Positions 14,781 to 29,297 are shown, counted from the first letter of the stretch. The stretch: DNA of 64,000 nucleotides from Eledone cirrhosa (GCA_964016885.1 OZ024742.1:274164001-274228000), one strand, 5' to 3'. The notes: generated by a model not told the origin, from the letters alone. Program-made: numbers and translations.

Positions 14781-14906
14781 AGGAGGTGAGTTTTATTGTA
14801 GTACAATAAAGCAATGCAGATATCGGATAAGAAGCACTCTACAGTTTGTAGGACTGGAGTATACATAATATATAAGAACAAAAGATGGTTAAAAGAGTTC
14901 CATGTA

Positions 14907-14973
14907 TTTTATTATGCGCATTTCAAAAACAAATATCATCATGCAATAATATTTGTGTTTTCATCAGATAAAA
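14907..14973 (-). ncRNA. Type-I hammerhead ribozyme (canonical core)
   Basis: Reverse complement of the motif at 17693-17759. Confidence 0.85.
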
Positions 14974-15897
14974 CAGGAAGACATATGAGAAGTAGTTTTA
15001 GATTGATGTGTGATATTGGGAAAAATATTTTATTTAGAGGGGGGGGGTGAAAAAGGGGAGGAGATGAGAGTAAAAAGTGGAGAGGGAGGAGTATAATGAG
15101 GAAGGATGAGATAGGAGGAGAGATGGGTGATAGAGAGAGAGAGATAGCTTTTATAACTGAGAAAGATATATTGTCTTACATAGAGAGGTTGAAAACCGCT
15201 GTAAGATAATGTATAAATTAAAAGAATTTGAAAATTAACGAAGAAAAAAATAATGTAAAGTTAAGGTTTGTATATTGAGAGGTTTGATAATATGTGCGAT
15301 GAAAAAGAAAATGTTAATATGTATTGAGAATAGTATTTAAGGGTTTAATAATATGTGCGATGTTAAGAAAATGTTGATATGTATTATTAAAAGGAACAAC
15401 AGGTTATTTAAGTTTGGAAATATTGTGAGATGAGCATGAATGAGTTAGATGAAAGGGAGAAAAGAATAATGAATTGAGGATGAATAATCTAACGTCCAAA
15501 AAATGTATATGTTTACGAAGGATTTTTACAAGGTGATATAGAGTAAGAATGTATTGTATTGTGTAATAATTGATTCTATGTTAGGCAAGAGTGAGAAAAG
15601 GTACAGATTAGGGGTTAGACATTAAAAGAAGAAGAGAAGAAAGGGAAGTGATAAATAGGAGCGATGTAGAATGAGTAACAAGTATTATAGAATGTATAAT
15701 AACCTTTGAAAATAAGGTAGAAAGATGGGTATATTTTTAAAAGAAGTGTATATATATATATATGCCTTTGAGAAAAAGATTCTAAATTGATAAAGAATTG
15801 AATATTAGCTGTATACTTTGTGAAATGTTTTATGGAATTTATGCAAGCAGATAGAAAACAAGTCAGTGCGTCTATTTATTATAGAATCTAAATTAGA

Positions 15898-16085
15898 AAT
15901 AATTGTTTCTACTTTAGGCACAAGGCCAGCAATTACCCAGTGCATTACTGGTACTTTATTTCATCGACCCCGTAAGGATGAAAGGCAAAGTCAACCTCGG
16001 CGGGATTTGAACTCAGATCGTAAAGGGACGTAACTATGCTGGAAAGCATGGCGTCCGACCCTCTACCGATACTGCCAATCCACCG
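15898..16085 (-). mobile_element. tRNA-derived SINE inserted at the 3' end of the PLE ORF
   Basis: Homologous to 10841-11031; B-box GAGTTCAAATCC on the minus strand. Confidence 0.85.
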
Positions 16086-17415
16086 AAATAATGGTAATTT
16101 TTTCATTTAGACAGAGATTGCAAATTTTGGATAGAGAACTGTTCAAGTATGGAGACGCAGAAGAAACCTTCTTCCAAAAGATGCTATATTTAATATTTTT
16201 GTCTTTCAAGGACCGTATGAGTTCTGAGAGAGCCGTGTTGGTTCTTTTAAGTTTGTATTTAAAAGACGAATGATGGTTATAAAGACGAGCTTTAAAAGAG
16301 GTGGAAGTGGAGCCAAAATAGGTGAAGGAATTGGTGTCAGTTATAACTTTACATTCGTAAATTAAGTTTTTATCAAGACAATGGTTGTTGAGAGGACATT
16401 TATTTTTAATAGGGCAATTGCAATTGCGATTAGAGAGATTATTAATGAGTGACCTAGTGTTATCTATAGAAGGAATTGGATTGGAGAAGTTATTTGCGAT
16501 AGGAATAATAGTTTCTTGATTTAGAATGGGATTAAGAACATTTAGCGAAGTTGTGTTTGACGTTGTATTGGGGTTTGTAGAAATCAGCCTAGGGTTTACA
16601 ATGACGTCGGGAGTACTATTATTATGATATTCAGTTTCGGAAGGAAGAGATTTAGTATTTAGTATTTTATTGTTGTGTTTAGAGATAATGTTGGAAATGT
16701 TGGAGGATGTAGAATAGGAAAATTGTATAGTGTGTTTGTTAAATATTTTACTATAGATATGTGAGGGAGGGAAGCATTTATTTAAGTCACTAAAGAATAA
16801 TTTAGGAATATTGTTATTAATAGAGATGGAGAAAGGAGCATTATACCAGATTATGCTTTTGTATCTAGGTCTTTTATTAAAGTTATTGGAATGATCATGA
16901 TTAATTATTCTACTGTAATTTTTTCTAGAATTTGTTTCTTTACTATATTTAATTTTATCAGGATAGCCGGCTTTAGAAAGCGCGTTATTATAGTAATTGG
17001 CGTTAGCATCAAAGATGTTTTTATTAGAAGATATGTTAGATATTCTTTTTCCAATATTACTAACTATAGCATTCTTGATATTAGTAGGATGGTTAGATTT
17101 AAAGTTAACATAATTTAGGTTCTCATTGTTTTTATGGTAAGGGTAATATAGGCCAGTGTCAAGATTAAGAGATGCATCCAAGAAATTAGCTAGTTTGATG
17201 CTGTTATCAAATTCAATTTTTAGGTTATGTTGGTTAAAGAGATTACGTATATTGTTCTTAATAATATTAAGGTTAACTATGTTGCAATTTAAGATAGTAA
17301 AGAGTCCATCGTCACGATAAATTCCGCCGCGAAGTTGAGGAATTTTCCGACTCAAAGAGTTCAAAATAAAGATACCAATTAAATCTGTCAATTGGGATGA
17401 ATCGGATGCTCCCAT
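16063..17415 (-). pseudogene. 5'-truncated PLE RT/GIY-YIG ORF; C-terminus replaced by SINE sequence
   Basis: 450-aa ORF carrying the motifs listed for the element; the final residues SVDWQYR come from the SINE. Confidence 0.85.
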
Positions 17416-17692
17416 TGTGATGTCGAAGTCATTGTAATCTCAGTTATAAAAGCTATCTCTCTCTCTCTCTATCACCCATCTCTCCTCCTATCTCATCCTT
17501 CCTCATTATACTCCTCCCTCTCCACCACTTTTTACTCTCATCTCCTCCTCTTTTTCATCCTTTCCAACCCCCACCCCTCTAAATAAAATATGTTTCCCAA
17601 TATCACACATCAATCTAAAACTACTTCTCATATGTTGATTTAAAACTGAACTATCCACAAGTGTTTTTTAACCTTCATATCATGTCTTCCTG

Positions 17693-17759
17693 TTTTATCT
17701 GATGAAAACACAAATATTATTGCATGATGATATTTGTTTTTGAAATGCGCATAATAAAA
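17693..17759 (+). ncRNA. Type-I hammerhead ribozyme (canonical core)
   Basis: Stem I ttttat/ataaaa; CTGATGA; stem II acaaatat/atatttgt; GAAA; palindromic stem III ATGCGCAT; cleavage triplet AUA. Confidence 0.88.
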
Positions 17760-17792
17760 TACATGGAACTCTTTTAACCATCTTTTGTTCTT

Positions 17793-18222
<430 letters not shown>

Positions 18223-18393
18223 TAAAGAATTCATATCTAGTAACATATATATACATACAGATGCATATCAATGCTAGCAAATATGTAGGTTTTGTCTTAA
18301 TAACAGTGTGGTTCAATGCATGGGGCTGCAGAACAATAATATGAGAGACGTAAAATAAGAAAATTATAAAATTTACTTACTTACTAAAATATC

Positions 18394-18475
18394 ACTTCCA
18401 ACTAATTAGTTTCTGGAATGGAGTAAATATATTTTCAGAAGAAGATATAGAGAAGTATTCCGTCGTCAGGAAAGT
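18394..18475 (-). ncRNA. Type-I hammerhead ribozyme
   Basis: Minus strand: actttc-CTGACGA-c.ggaat...attcc.a-GAAA-ctaattag-TT-ggaagt; palindromic stem III; GUU site. Confidence 0.8.
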
Positions 18476-18943
18476 CTATTCTCATGTAAGTTTCCAGGCA
18501 AAGCGAGGACACTGGAAACTTATTAAAAAATAATTAAGTGGATAGGAAATAGCAAAGCGTGGACTGAATTCCAAGCCATTGAGAAAATCACTGCCTCTAC
18601 GTCTGTGGCAAATTCAAAAAGAATCGAACACGTGACATCGAGGTCAATCAGTGGAAAGTGGTTTGCTAATAAGACAGCGGCCTGCCTACAACCGTAGCAG
18701 CAGTCATGGCCAATATTGCTCGACAAAGAATTTGGAGATAATAATAAAGAATTCATATCTAGTAACACTGATTGACCTCGATGTCACGTGTTCGATTCTT
18801 TTTGAATTTGCCACAGACGTAGAGGCAGTGATTTTCTCAAAGGCTTGGAATTCAGTCCACGCTTTGCTATTTCCTATCCACTGAATTATTTTTTAATAAG
18901 TTTCCAGTGTCCTCGCTTTGCCTGGAAACTTACATGAGAATAG

Positions 18944-19025
18944 ACTTTCCTGACGACGGAATACTTCTCTGTATCTTCTTCGGAAAATATATTTACTCCA
19001 TTCCAGAAACAAATTAGTTGGAAGT
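18944..19025 (+). ncRNA. Type-I hammerhead ribozyme (inverted copy)
   Basis: actttc-CTGACGA-cggaat...attcca-GAAA-caaattag-TT-ggaagt. Confidence 0.75.
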
Positions 19026-19130
19026 GATATTTTAGTAAGTAAGTTAATTTTATAATTTTCTTATTTTATGTCTCTTATATATATGTATATATGATAAAGA
19101 ACACAAGAGCGTCTACAACATCAAACATTT

Positions 19131-19188
19131 TTTATTGGCTTACAATGTTTCTTCCTTACGTAATCGTAATATTCCTCAGAGCTATAAA
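19131..19188 (-). ncRNA. Type-I hammerhead ribozyme
   Basis: Minus strand: tttatagct-CTGAGGA-ata.ttacg.atta.cgtaa.ggaa-GAAA-cattg-TA-agccaataaa. Confidence 0.65.
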
Positions 19189-21989
19189 AGTGGTTTGATT
19201 GGTGTTATGGACTCTACCAACCAAACATTCAAGAACAAAGAGTAAAGAGAGTAAAGAGCAAAAGCAGGGGACAATAAGTTTAATTTAGGTGCGGGAGGGT
19301 GGGGTGTGGGTCATTGTTTACTAGCTGTGGTCATATTCATTCCCGGGAGTCGAGTGGTTAGTGGAGCCATAGATGGGGTGGTATTGATAGTAGGGTGCAG
19401 AGGGTGTGCAGAGGCCACACACACACAAAGGGCATATAATATATATATAACGGAGGAGAAAGTACATGAGGTAATTAGAAATGGAATAAGAATAAGAATA
19501 ATTTATAGTTAATAATGTATAATAAGGCATAGGGAAGATTACACTATAATAAGGTATGAAAGTAAGAATAAAATAAAGTATAAAGGATGATAAACATGAA
19601 AATAAGAATAAAATATATATATATATATATATATAAAATATATAGAGAATATATAAAAAATATAAGCAAGTATCAGAAAGGAAAAAACACAATGTAAAAA
19701 AAACAGATTTTGTTAAATAAAAATATTATAGATATGGGGGGGAGAAAACGGGAGAGAGAAATATAATCATAATGTGATTAGTTGAGAGAATATAAGATGA
19801 TAATAAGTGTGTCAAGTTTATACAACTTAATAATAAATAATATTTATATCAGAGTACACATATTTCAATGCACTTGCAAGTCCAACCCATATGGCCTAGT
19901 CCATCGCTCATCTGTGCAGTCGCGTGTGTTTGTGTTTGACCTCACAACAGATCCACAAGTTCGTAAATTTCAACGCAGATAGAATTCTATTTGTGCTTAC
20001 CCGGACATTGACGGAGGATCCAATATTCCTAGTTCATTGCTGACCCAATCTGTGTGTAGTGTTATTTTGCTCGCATAAATCAGTCACTTGGTTCAATATT
20101 ATGGAGTATGGTTTTCTGGTCTTCGATACACTATCAGTGGTTGTATATCTCGAACTCACAAGGATCACAGTACTCCGGTTTGGTACGATTATCGGTCATC
20201 CAACTATGCTGTCGGTGGTTGGATTCAAATCTATTGCCCAGAACGCAGAACTTTAGTGTTGCTTGAACACCAATGAGGCAGAGTGAAATCGCTTCCGTGG
20301 TACATAACGGCACGCAAGGAAATTCTTCGTCTTCGTTTCATCCGGGTCTAGCAGTCACGTGCAAGAACTGCCACGTAGTAATTGTGAGGGTAAGCGGTCA
20401 AGATAGTAACTGACCGAAAATTCTCCTGGGAATTCAGACAGGCATGACAGGTACATTTAGGTCAGCAGTTTCTTCATGTGTACGTGTGTCCGATACACAC
20501 AGACACATATTTATATGTATTTCAACGCAAAAAATACAATTGATTCCCCTATTGATATTATATCGATTATCCCAGATCTCTGTTGCTCCGATGTGCATGT
20601 TGTGATGTTTTGTCGTGTTTACCAGTCACTGTGTTTTGCCATGACCTTGGAGTGTGATGTTTTGGTCATCAATATTCCGGCAAGCACATTCCTCTCTTAT
20701 ATTGTGGAGAGTGGTGTTCTGGTCCTCAGTATACACTTGGGTCAGCAGCAGGGTAGGTGGTTCTCAGTTTCCACTGCGACAATACATATGTGTTACTTTA
20801 CATATCATGTTCCTCTCAAAGAAGAGTATTATAGGAGGAATTCCTGCTAAACACCACATATAGAGAAGACTTCTACAGAAAAATCCTCTCTCCGAGAGTT
20901 CCCTCCAAATAACCTTTCGGTGACACATAGCGAAGTACACAATACATAATATATAATATATAACACATAGTGTGTTATTACATGAGTGGATGTTAACTTG
21001 TATCATACAAGAAAGGCAATAGGGAGTGGGGAGGAAGAGGTCCTGCTTTCATGGTGGAGGTTGGGGTGAACTAGTATAAGAATGCACACCCGCAGACGTT
21101 CCCGCATCTGTCTGAGTATACACATGGACAGCGACACACACACTCAAACACGCATATATGTATACATTCATGCACACACACACGCACACACACGCATAGA
21201 TGATAGAAGCTGGGGTGTATTGTTATATATGGCCATGTGCGCAGACATACACACACTCATACACACCCATACATGTACGTATGCATACACACACACACGC
21301 ACGAGAGGTTGGGGTGTACTAGCACATGGGTAGATATTCCCTCATTTGCATGCGTGCACACACACATGCACACACACTTGTATTCACGCACACACACACA
21401 CACATGTATACAGACACACACACCCAGACATATAGAACACTACCCCACGACACTTGTGCATACACACAGACACGGCGCCTCCCCGTTCCCTGACAGACCA
21501 ACGCCCACAGACATAGGCCCACACACAAGTACACACCTATATTCGATGACATGCACCCACATAGGCGTATCTATGGGGGTCTATAGAGGAGCAAATAAAT
21601 GAATGTGTCGCAGGGGAGCCTGCAGTACTACGGGGCAGTACTACTGGTCGTGCAGCGCAACTTAAGATTAAGGCTAAGACAAATTTCCATCCAGCAGTGG
21701 TGTAACCTAGATGAGAGTATGACATTCTATTTACTCCACACCGTCTCGTGTCCCAAAATCTATTCTCCCAAAGCTGTAGCCCGGTGGGGGACTGTTCCAC
21801 CTATAGGCTACCTATCTATCTGGGTTATGGGTTGGAGGGGTAGGAGTTATAATCAAGGAGGGGTATGTCTAGGTGGGGGTTGCGTAATATATGTTACGTC
21901 TATGTGGTAGGTTTAAAATAGAAAAAGGAACTCAGGATTTTGTGTTGGCAAGAGGAGAATAATTCAGAATTCCTGTTAAGCAGGTTCAG

Positions 21990-22385
21990 TTTAGAGTGTA
22001 TTATGGCATGGCATTCTAGTAAACACAGGTCACAACTCCCGCTCTGCGGTCGGTATGGCGTGGATCCAGTAAGCTTCCTCCAAAAAAGTTTGTAAGGGGT
22101 ACTATTATTTTTTTAAAAGGAGATGTATCCCGCCAGTGAAGTGGCATTCTTATGTCTATCGTGTCTAAATGTGCCCACACGCGCGTTACATCTAGTTATA
22201 AATGCATTGGACGTTGATCCTATATATGATTTGGTAGAGATGTGTGTGGTTACGTCACATGCATATACGATGTCCCTCATGAGGCAAGCCCCCCCCCCCC
22301 CCCCCCAGGGGACAGTCACCACTCCGCCTACAATTGCAACTGCGGGTTCGATCATTTAGCGTACCTCCCGAACTTTGGTTACCAG
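21990..22385 (-). mobile_element. PLE GIY-YIG 3' fragment (Naiad-like)
   Basis: CNCRRSGDCPLGG.C; IVYACDV...YIGSTSNAF..R; T.LA.YI; downstream C.LC..E-like sequence. Confidence 0.8.
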
Positions 22386-22428
<43 letters not shown>

Positions 22429-22578
22429 TTGGAGTATATGTTGGTTGTTTAGCGACACCTCAGTATAAGGATTGGAACACTCAACGAAGTACGCAGGCTG
22501 GTTTGGTTACTCCGGAGTAATGTAAAATAAAATAATTAAGTCAAATATTTAAAATTTGACTTCGTTTATTAATGGTGT

Positions 22579-22633
22579 ACTGCTATATATATTTCGGTAA
22601 CAGCCATCCTTGTCTGTGACCTCTTCAGGCAGT
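22579..22633 (-). ncRNA. Type-I hammerhead ribozyme (canonical)
   Basis: Minus strand: actgc-CTGAAGA-ggtcacag...ctgttacc-GAAA-tatata-TA-gcagt; stem I 5/5 paired. Confidence 0.88.
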
Positions 22634-23407
22634 CCGAATTGGTGTGGTAGAGACAGGTACACAGGTTGTTGAAGTGTTTAACTCCGTCAATACTCCTATA
22701 TGCCCAGTTCCTGGTTGGGTTGTTATTTCTCTGAGGAACTGGAATCATATGAATTCGAACAAACGAATTTCGGCGTCAAATGACACTCTCTCCGCCCATT
22801 GGTCAGTTGTGAGAACATTCCTCTGTCAAAAGTCTATAGAAAATTTTCTGAGGCAAGGCAATATGTTGTGGTTGTTTTTGTTAAGTACAGCTGATCTCCT
22901 TCCTTGTGTTGGTAGTGGTGTTGGCGTTAGGGAGTCATTAGTCAGGTCAGCTCTAGTTCGGCTGCTGCTATGTTTAGAAGAATTTGTGTGTGTGTGTTGG
23001 CATCTATCCTGCCACCATTTCCCGTGGTGGTGGGGGTGGGGGTGGGGGTGCGAAACAGACACCCGGATGTAACACATGTGCGAACTAAGCACACAACACA
23101 CACAAAAACAAGATGGCGTAGGACAGAACAAAGGAGAGGCACAAAACAAAGAAAATAATCCCCAGTAACTGAGGAGGTCACAGAATGAGTGACAAAAGAA
23201 CTTTGACAATATATGAACAACCGTCTGGTTGTGGAACCAACCACCCAACCGGAAATGTGTTTATAAATGTTTTTAATTTATAATAAATTGGAGTGAAAGC
23301 TATGGTGCGTGTGTTCCTTATTGGCAACATAACCCTCCCAAAGTATAACAATATCGGTTTCAACACACGTTTTCAGATAAAATAATCTTGCTAAACAAAT
23401 TCAGAAA

Positions 23408-23481
<74 letters not shown>

Positions 23482-23513
23482 TATATTTAATGTATAATAA
23501 ACAATACAATATA

Positions 23514-23589
23514 ATTACCTAATTACCAGAGGTTTCCCGAATAAGACGGATACAGAAAACGTCCACATTCGTTCGTCAGACAAGGCAAT
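23514..23589 (-). ncRNA. Type-I hammerhead ribozyme
   Basis: Minus strand: attgccttgt-CTGACGA-a.cgaat.g.tggacg...cgtct.t.attcg.g-GAAA-cctctgg-TA-attaggtaat. Confidence 0.75.
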
Positions 23590-23873
23590 TTAAAACATAG
23601 TGAAATATTTGAAAAATCTCATCTAGAAAGGCAAAAAGTTTAACGGGCAAAAAATAAATAAAAGTAATAATACAAGAAATGTATAAAAAATAAAAATAAA
23701 GAAATATAGAAAGTGGATGTGTGTAAATGTGTGTATATGCACATACATATGTACATGCGTGTGTATGTACAACTGCGTGTGTATAGTGAAAAAATGTGTG
23801 CGTAAGTACATACATGAGGTCAAACACATTAGTGTATGTGTGACCACAAATACATATATATATATATATATAT

Positions 23874-24055
23874 ATTAATATTTGATGAACATTTACATGT
23901 TTTAGTTGCAATTGACTAATAAGATCGCTAGAGTGAAAAATCTTAATTCAACAACATAAAGTCTGCCTGTACGATCTAAAAAATAATAAATCAATACTCA
24001 CAGACTCATATGGGCAATTGCAACTAAAACATGTAAATGTTCATCAAATATTAAT
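23874..24055. repeat. ~41-bp inverted repeat with a ~100-bp spacer
   Basis: attaatatttgatgaacatttacatgttttagttgcaattg and its reverse complement at 24015-24055. Confidence 0.85.
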
Positions 24056-24125
24056 TTATACTGCTCAGAAGCGATTCCTAGAGCTGAAATGATTGTAAAT
24101 GACCCCATTGAGTCTAAACTCTAAG

Positions 24126-24203
<78 letters not shown>

Positions 24204-25369
24204 TGAAAATAGAAATTGTAAGATAATGGAGTTAGCGTACATACAGACTCAGGGACTAAGAATATATATACATACAAGGATGAAAGGACGCACGCGTATA
24301 AAAATTACACACACGCGCAACCACATACATGTATGTGATATATACAGGGAAGGGAGTGTATAAAGTCAACGCAGTGTCAGACGGAATGTCGATACAAATA
24401 TAAAATAAGATGAATAAACGAAAAATATATAAGATAAGAATAAAAAATTAAGGCAAAGAGAAAGTAAGTGGGAGGGTTGTAATATGTAAAGTAACACTAG
24501 AAAAAATAAATACGCGAACAAGCTTATACACACATACATATATATAAATATAAGTCGCGGCAGCATCTTTGTTCTGTCGAAGTTCAGGCCGACTGTCATC
24601 CTCCTCCGCTCTAGCAGCTGCCGTCTGCACAGTATTCTGTGAGAGCCTGATCGCAATCGCATTTACATTTTCCGTGAGACGCCTTCGCTTAGACCCACTT
24701 GCATTAGATAATCGACCAATAAAAGTTCTTTTCTTGGGGCATTGTTTATAGAAAATTAACCAGGGAGAACGATAAATAGTGGACAAATAACGTTTAAGTT
24801 AGCAAATCTAAACACGGATAAATTGTGAAAAATGTGATAAATCTGTGATCTGAGAAAGTGGGTATGTTTTGAAAGATTTTGTGTACCAGTCAAATTTTAG
24901 GTTTTAAGTTAGGGGCAACGCAGCGTACGGACTACCTGTGATAAAGGAAATTAAATAGTATGGCTACAGTGGTAGGTATATAGTGTCAGTATGTTTGTTC
25001 AGTTCGAACATAGCAATAAGTAAGTACTAACCATTGAAAGGATACAGGCAGAAATGGCCGAAAAATCACAGCATGATAAACTGTAATCTTATGACCATAA
25101 ACACATTAACTAAACCCCCTTTAAGATGACAAATGTTGAAGAAGCCTGCGTTTCAGAATCGTGGGGTAGCTTATGAGTGTACGCCTGTAAAAAAACCTAC
25201 CCCTAGTCAAAAGCCAAAAAAGAAGTGTGATCCTAGCTCGGACTTGACCGATATTAATAGGAGTGATTTCACTCAATGAATAACACTTGAGTTGTCTGAT
25301 TGGTTAGATAATACAAATAAGTGGGATGAAATCTAATGAACACAATTCACTGATGTGTGGTTGGCCAGA

Positions 25370-26897
25370 GGTCGCCATTTCGCACTTAAACGGGTGCAAG
25401 ACAACCGGGTGCAACAACTAATCAATCATTCGCACAGTTTAGTCATGAGTGTGAAATAGCACAATCCACATACAGTAGGCGTTAAAATTTACACCTTGGT
25501 TAAATCGCGCTTTCTTACTTAGGAGTGTGAAATTATGTCAAAGTTCAAGGAAAAAAATTAACTCCCCATTCCGCACTTAATCGTGGTGCAATTTGACGGG
25601 GGAGACAACCGGATGCAAAATTAAATTCAATCATCCTAAATTTAACTAAACAGACTAAAGTTAAGTCAGGGGGATTTAAAAATTAGCTACTCCCTTTGTA
25701 GGGCATAAGTACCCGATGCGTCATCTTTCGTTTAAATTGACTTTTATTTCCAGAAGTTGAAATGATTTGCTGCGACCATAATATGAACTTTAGAAGTAGT
25801 CCAAAGGGCCTCACTGTCCTCCTAGGGGGTTCCCTTGCAAAATTCAAGGATAACGAATGTGTGGTGCTTTATCTCATGGCAGGCAATAACCATTCGTCGT
25901 TTAGTTTTTGTAAGAATCAAGTATAAACTCCCGAGGTTATGGTGCTTTTTTTATTGTGGCAGATTGAACTTTTATAGGTTAATGTATTGGGCTCATTGTC
26001 CCCGAGGGGGTCCTATTGCTGAATTGAAATGAAAGTAAATGTGCCTCACTGTATTTTCATCTGTAGTACATGAATAACAACTAAGTCGAAATTCATTTTA
26101 TTGGACTACCAATTATCGAAGTTATGATGCCTTGCTGCATTACAATAGCCATATTCAATAAATGACTCACCGGGGCTTACAGCCTCCTGGGGTCCCCTTA
26201 TTTGCTCCGGGTATAGGCAGTGTCTTCAACATCATCTTTAGGCAACGGGTAACCAATATGTCCGGTAAAGTTAAAATCGAACGTAAATTTCAAAAGTTAT
26301 AAGGTACTAATACAGTGTTAATGTGAACTTCAATAGATAAGTCGAAGGGCCTTACTCTCCCCCACCCCCGCCAGGGGTCCCCCTGATAAGTTCAAGTAAA
26401 AGTTCATGTGTTCACCTTCCTTTATAAGCCATGAATAACCAATACGTCTCGCTTCGTGAAATCCAAACACCAATTCAAGCAGTAATGACATTTTGTTGCA
26501 TTGATGATAACATTCATCAAGTCGGTTTACTGCCCCCCAAGGTGTCCCCTACCTGAATTTCTGCGCAAGTGCATGCCTGCAAATTTATTTGTAGGCCATA
26601 AGCAAACGAAAGATTAATTTTGGTGAAGATGGGATGCAAACTGTAGGAATTATGAGGCCTTTATGCAGTAGTACTACTGACTCCAAGCGAGAGGCTTAAG
26701 GGAGTTATCTACCCCTGGGGGGCTCCACATTCAATCTACGGAAAGATAAAATAGCCTACGAAGCGCAATAGGACTTCAGAAATGTATGTATGAATTTTGG
26801 TGCAAATTGGTTGTAAACGGTAGAAATGCATGCGTTTTCACAGGCAGACAGCAAGACATCTTCTGTTTTAAATATATTGATGTTTTATATATATAGA
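25370..26897 (+). mobile_element. Probable Helentron/HINE-type non-autonomous element with a diverged ~180-bp tandem array
   Basis: A GGG(C/T)T..C..CC..GGGGTCCCC motif recurs at about 25806, 25988, 26172, 26347, 26523 and 26701. The end reads TTTTGGTGCAAATTGG..GTAG..ACAGGCAGACAG..TTTTA(TA)nGAT, resembling DINE/HINE ends (recalled, not searched). Confidence 0.5.
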
Positions 26898-27570
26898 TAA
26901 CCCCTTTTCCCCGTTTTTCCTTACTTGTACATTTTTCTTTAAATCATCAATGTATATTTTGTCTCCACCGGATTCACCGGGATACCAATGTACGATTGTT
27001 TAATTTTTACATTTGTTTAATTTTTACATTTGTTTAAATTTTTACATTCGTTTATTTTTAAGTTTAACACTCGTTAAATTAGATACTTTAAATTTTACAT
27101 GTCATCCACGACAAGAGGCCAGATATTTTCCTATCCTTAGCAAATTGACTGTTGCCTAATTGTCTGGACACCTAACTTTTAACTCTTAACGTCTGTGGAA
27201 GGGAACTTTCTGGCTTCGGGGTGATTATCCCGCCATAAACGGATGGCGGGTACAAATGCACTGAAATCTTACTGGTTGCCAAAGCTAGCAGTAAATCTTG
27301 GCTGGCTTGAACTCCCACTGACCATATCGAGTTGTCGGCCGAGGAGGTGGGAAATTGGTTGATAGAGAGAACATACAAGCTTGGTAGTATTCTGAGTGTA
27401 GGTGAGGGGGCCAGCCACCCACACTCCCCTGCGACATGCGCAGAGCTGTCTGGATCACCTGAAAGTAGAAGGGGGCGGACAACCAAACAAAAATATTTAT
27501 ATTTTAGTCCGCTTCCTTCCAAATAAAATTACCTCAGAAATGTTACTTTTAATCAATGTCTGCTGTCTGT

Positions 27571-27984
<414 letters not shown>

Positions 27985-28029
27985 AAAATGCGTGAATCAT
28001 GTTAGAAAATTACCTGCTTTGATATCATA

Positions 28030-28260
<231 letters not shown>

Positions 28261-28377
28261 TAAACGGAATAGAAAATGCTGACAAATTGTTCACAGTTGA
28301 AAAATGGTTTAATTAGGAATAAAAGAGTATTAGTGATTGTATGGGTTAGTATTCAGTTGTGGTTTTAAGTTTTTAAG

Positions 28378-28416
28378 TTTTTACCGGTTGCGCATTTCTA
28401 AATGCTTTTCAAAAAT
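28378..28416 (-). ncRNA. Hammerhead-like motif, U3-A8 core with GCAA in place of GAAA
   Basis: Mirror image of 28489-28527. Confidence 0.5.
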
Positions 28417-28488
28417 AATTTTGAGATAGAGTGTCCGTGCTGTTTGCTCTGATCAGAGCAAACAGCACGGACACTCTATCTCAAAATT

Positions 28489-28527
28489 ATTTTTGAAAAG
28501 CATTTAGAAATGCGCAACCGGTAAAAA
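28489..28527 (+). ncRNA. Hammerhead-like motif, U3-A8 core with GCAA in place of GAAA
   Basis: ttt-TTGAAAA-gcattt.ag.aaatgc-GCAA-ccgg-TA-aaa; same layout as the 57784 HHR. Confidence 0.5.
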
Positions 28528-28691
28528 CTTAAAAACTTAAAACCACAACTGAATACTAACCCATACAATCACTAATACTCTTTTATTCCTAATTAAACCA
28601 TTTTTCAACTGTGAGCAATTTGTCAGCATTTTCTATTCCGTTTACCAATATATAATAACTTGTGTGTTACACCTCTATTCTTTTAACTATA

Positions 28692-28782
<91 letters not shown>

Positions 28783-28804
28783 TGTATATATATATATATA
28801 TATA

Positions 28805-28870
<66 letters not shown>

Positions 28871-29238
28871 TATGATATTTAAGCAGGTCATTTTCTAACA
28901 TGATTCACGCATTTTAGAATGTAATACATTGTAACAGTAATGGAGCTGTGTATAACTGTCGTGTCTGCATTTTATTAAAATAAAGAACATTATAAATATA
29001 TAATGTGTTATTAGATATTGTAATCACCAATTCCAGTTAGAATAAAAATGAGATTCATGCTGAGTAATGTAAAACTAATGACATTATATATATTGCTTTT
29101 CACTTATTTTTATTTATTTCTTCTACTTCGTACTTACAAGGCAATATATTCGTTACTTATCGTTACCATACATATCAAACCCCATAAATACATAGTATAT
29201 ATTAATGTGTTCCATAACTTCTCTTCAATTCTCTAATA

Positions 29239-29297
29239 TAATTGTTTCTACTGTTGGCACAAGACCAGCAATTTACCAGTGCATTACTGGTACTTTC
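29239..29297 (-). mobile_element. SINE 3'-end fragment
   Basis: aattgtttctac...ggcacaagaccagcaattt.ccagtgcattactggtactt matches 15901-15957. Confidence 0.7.
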
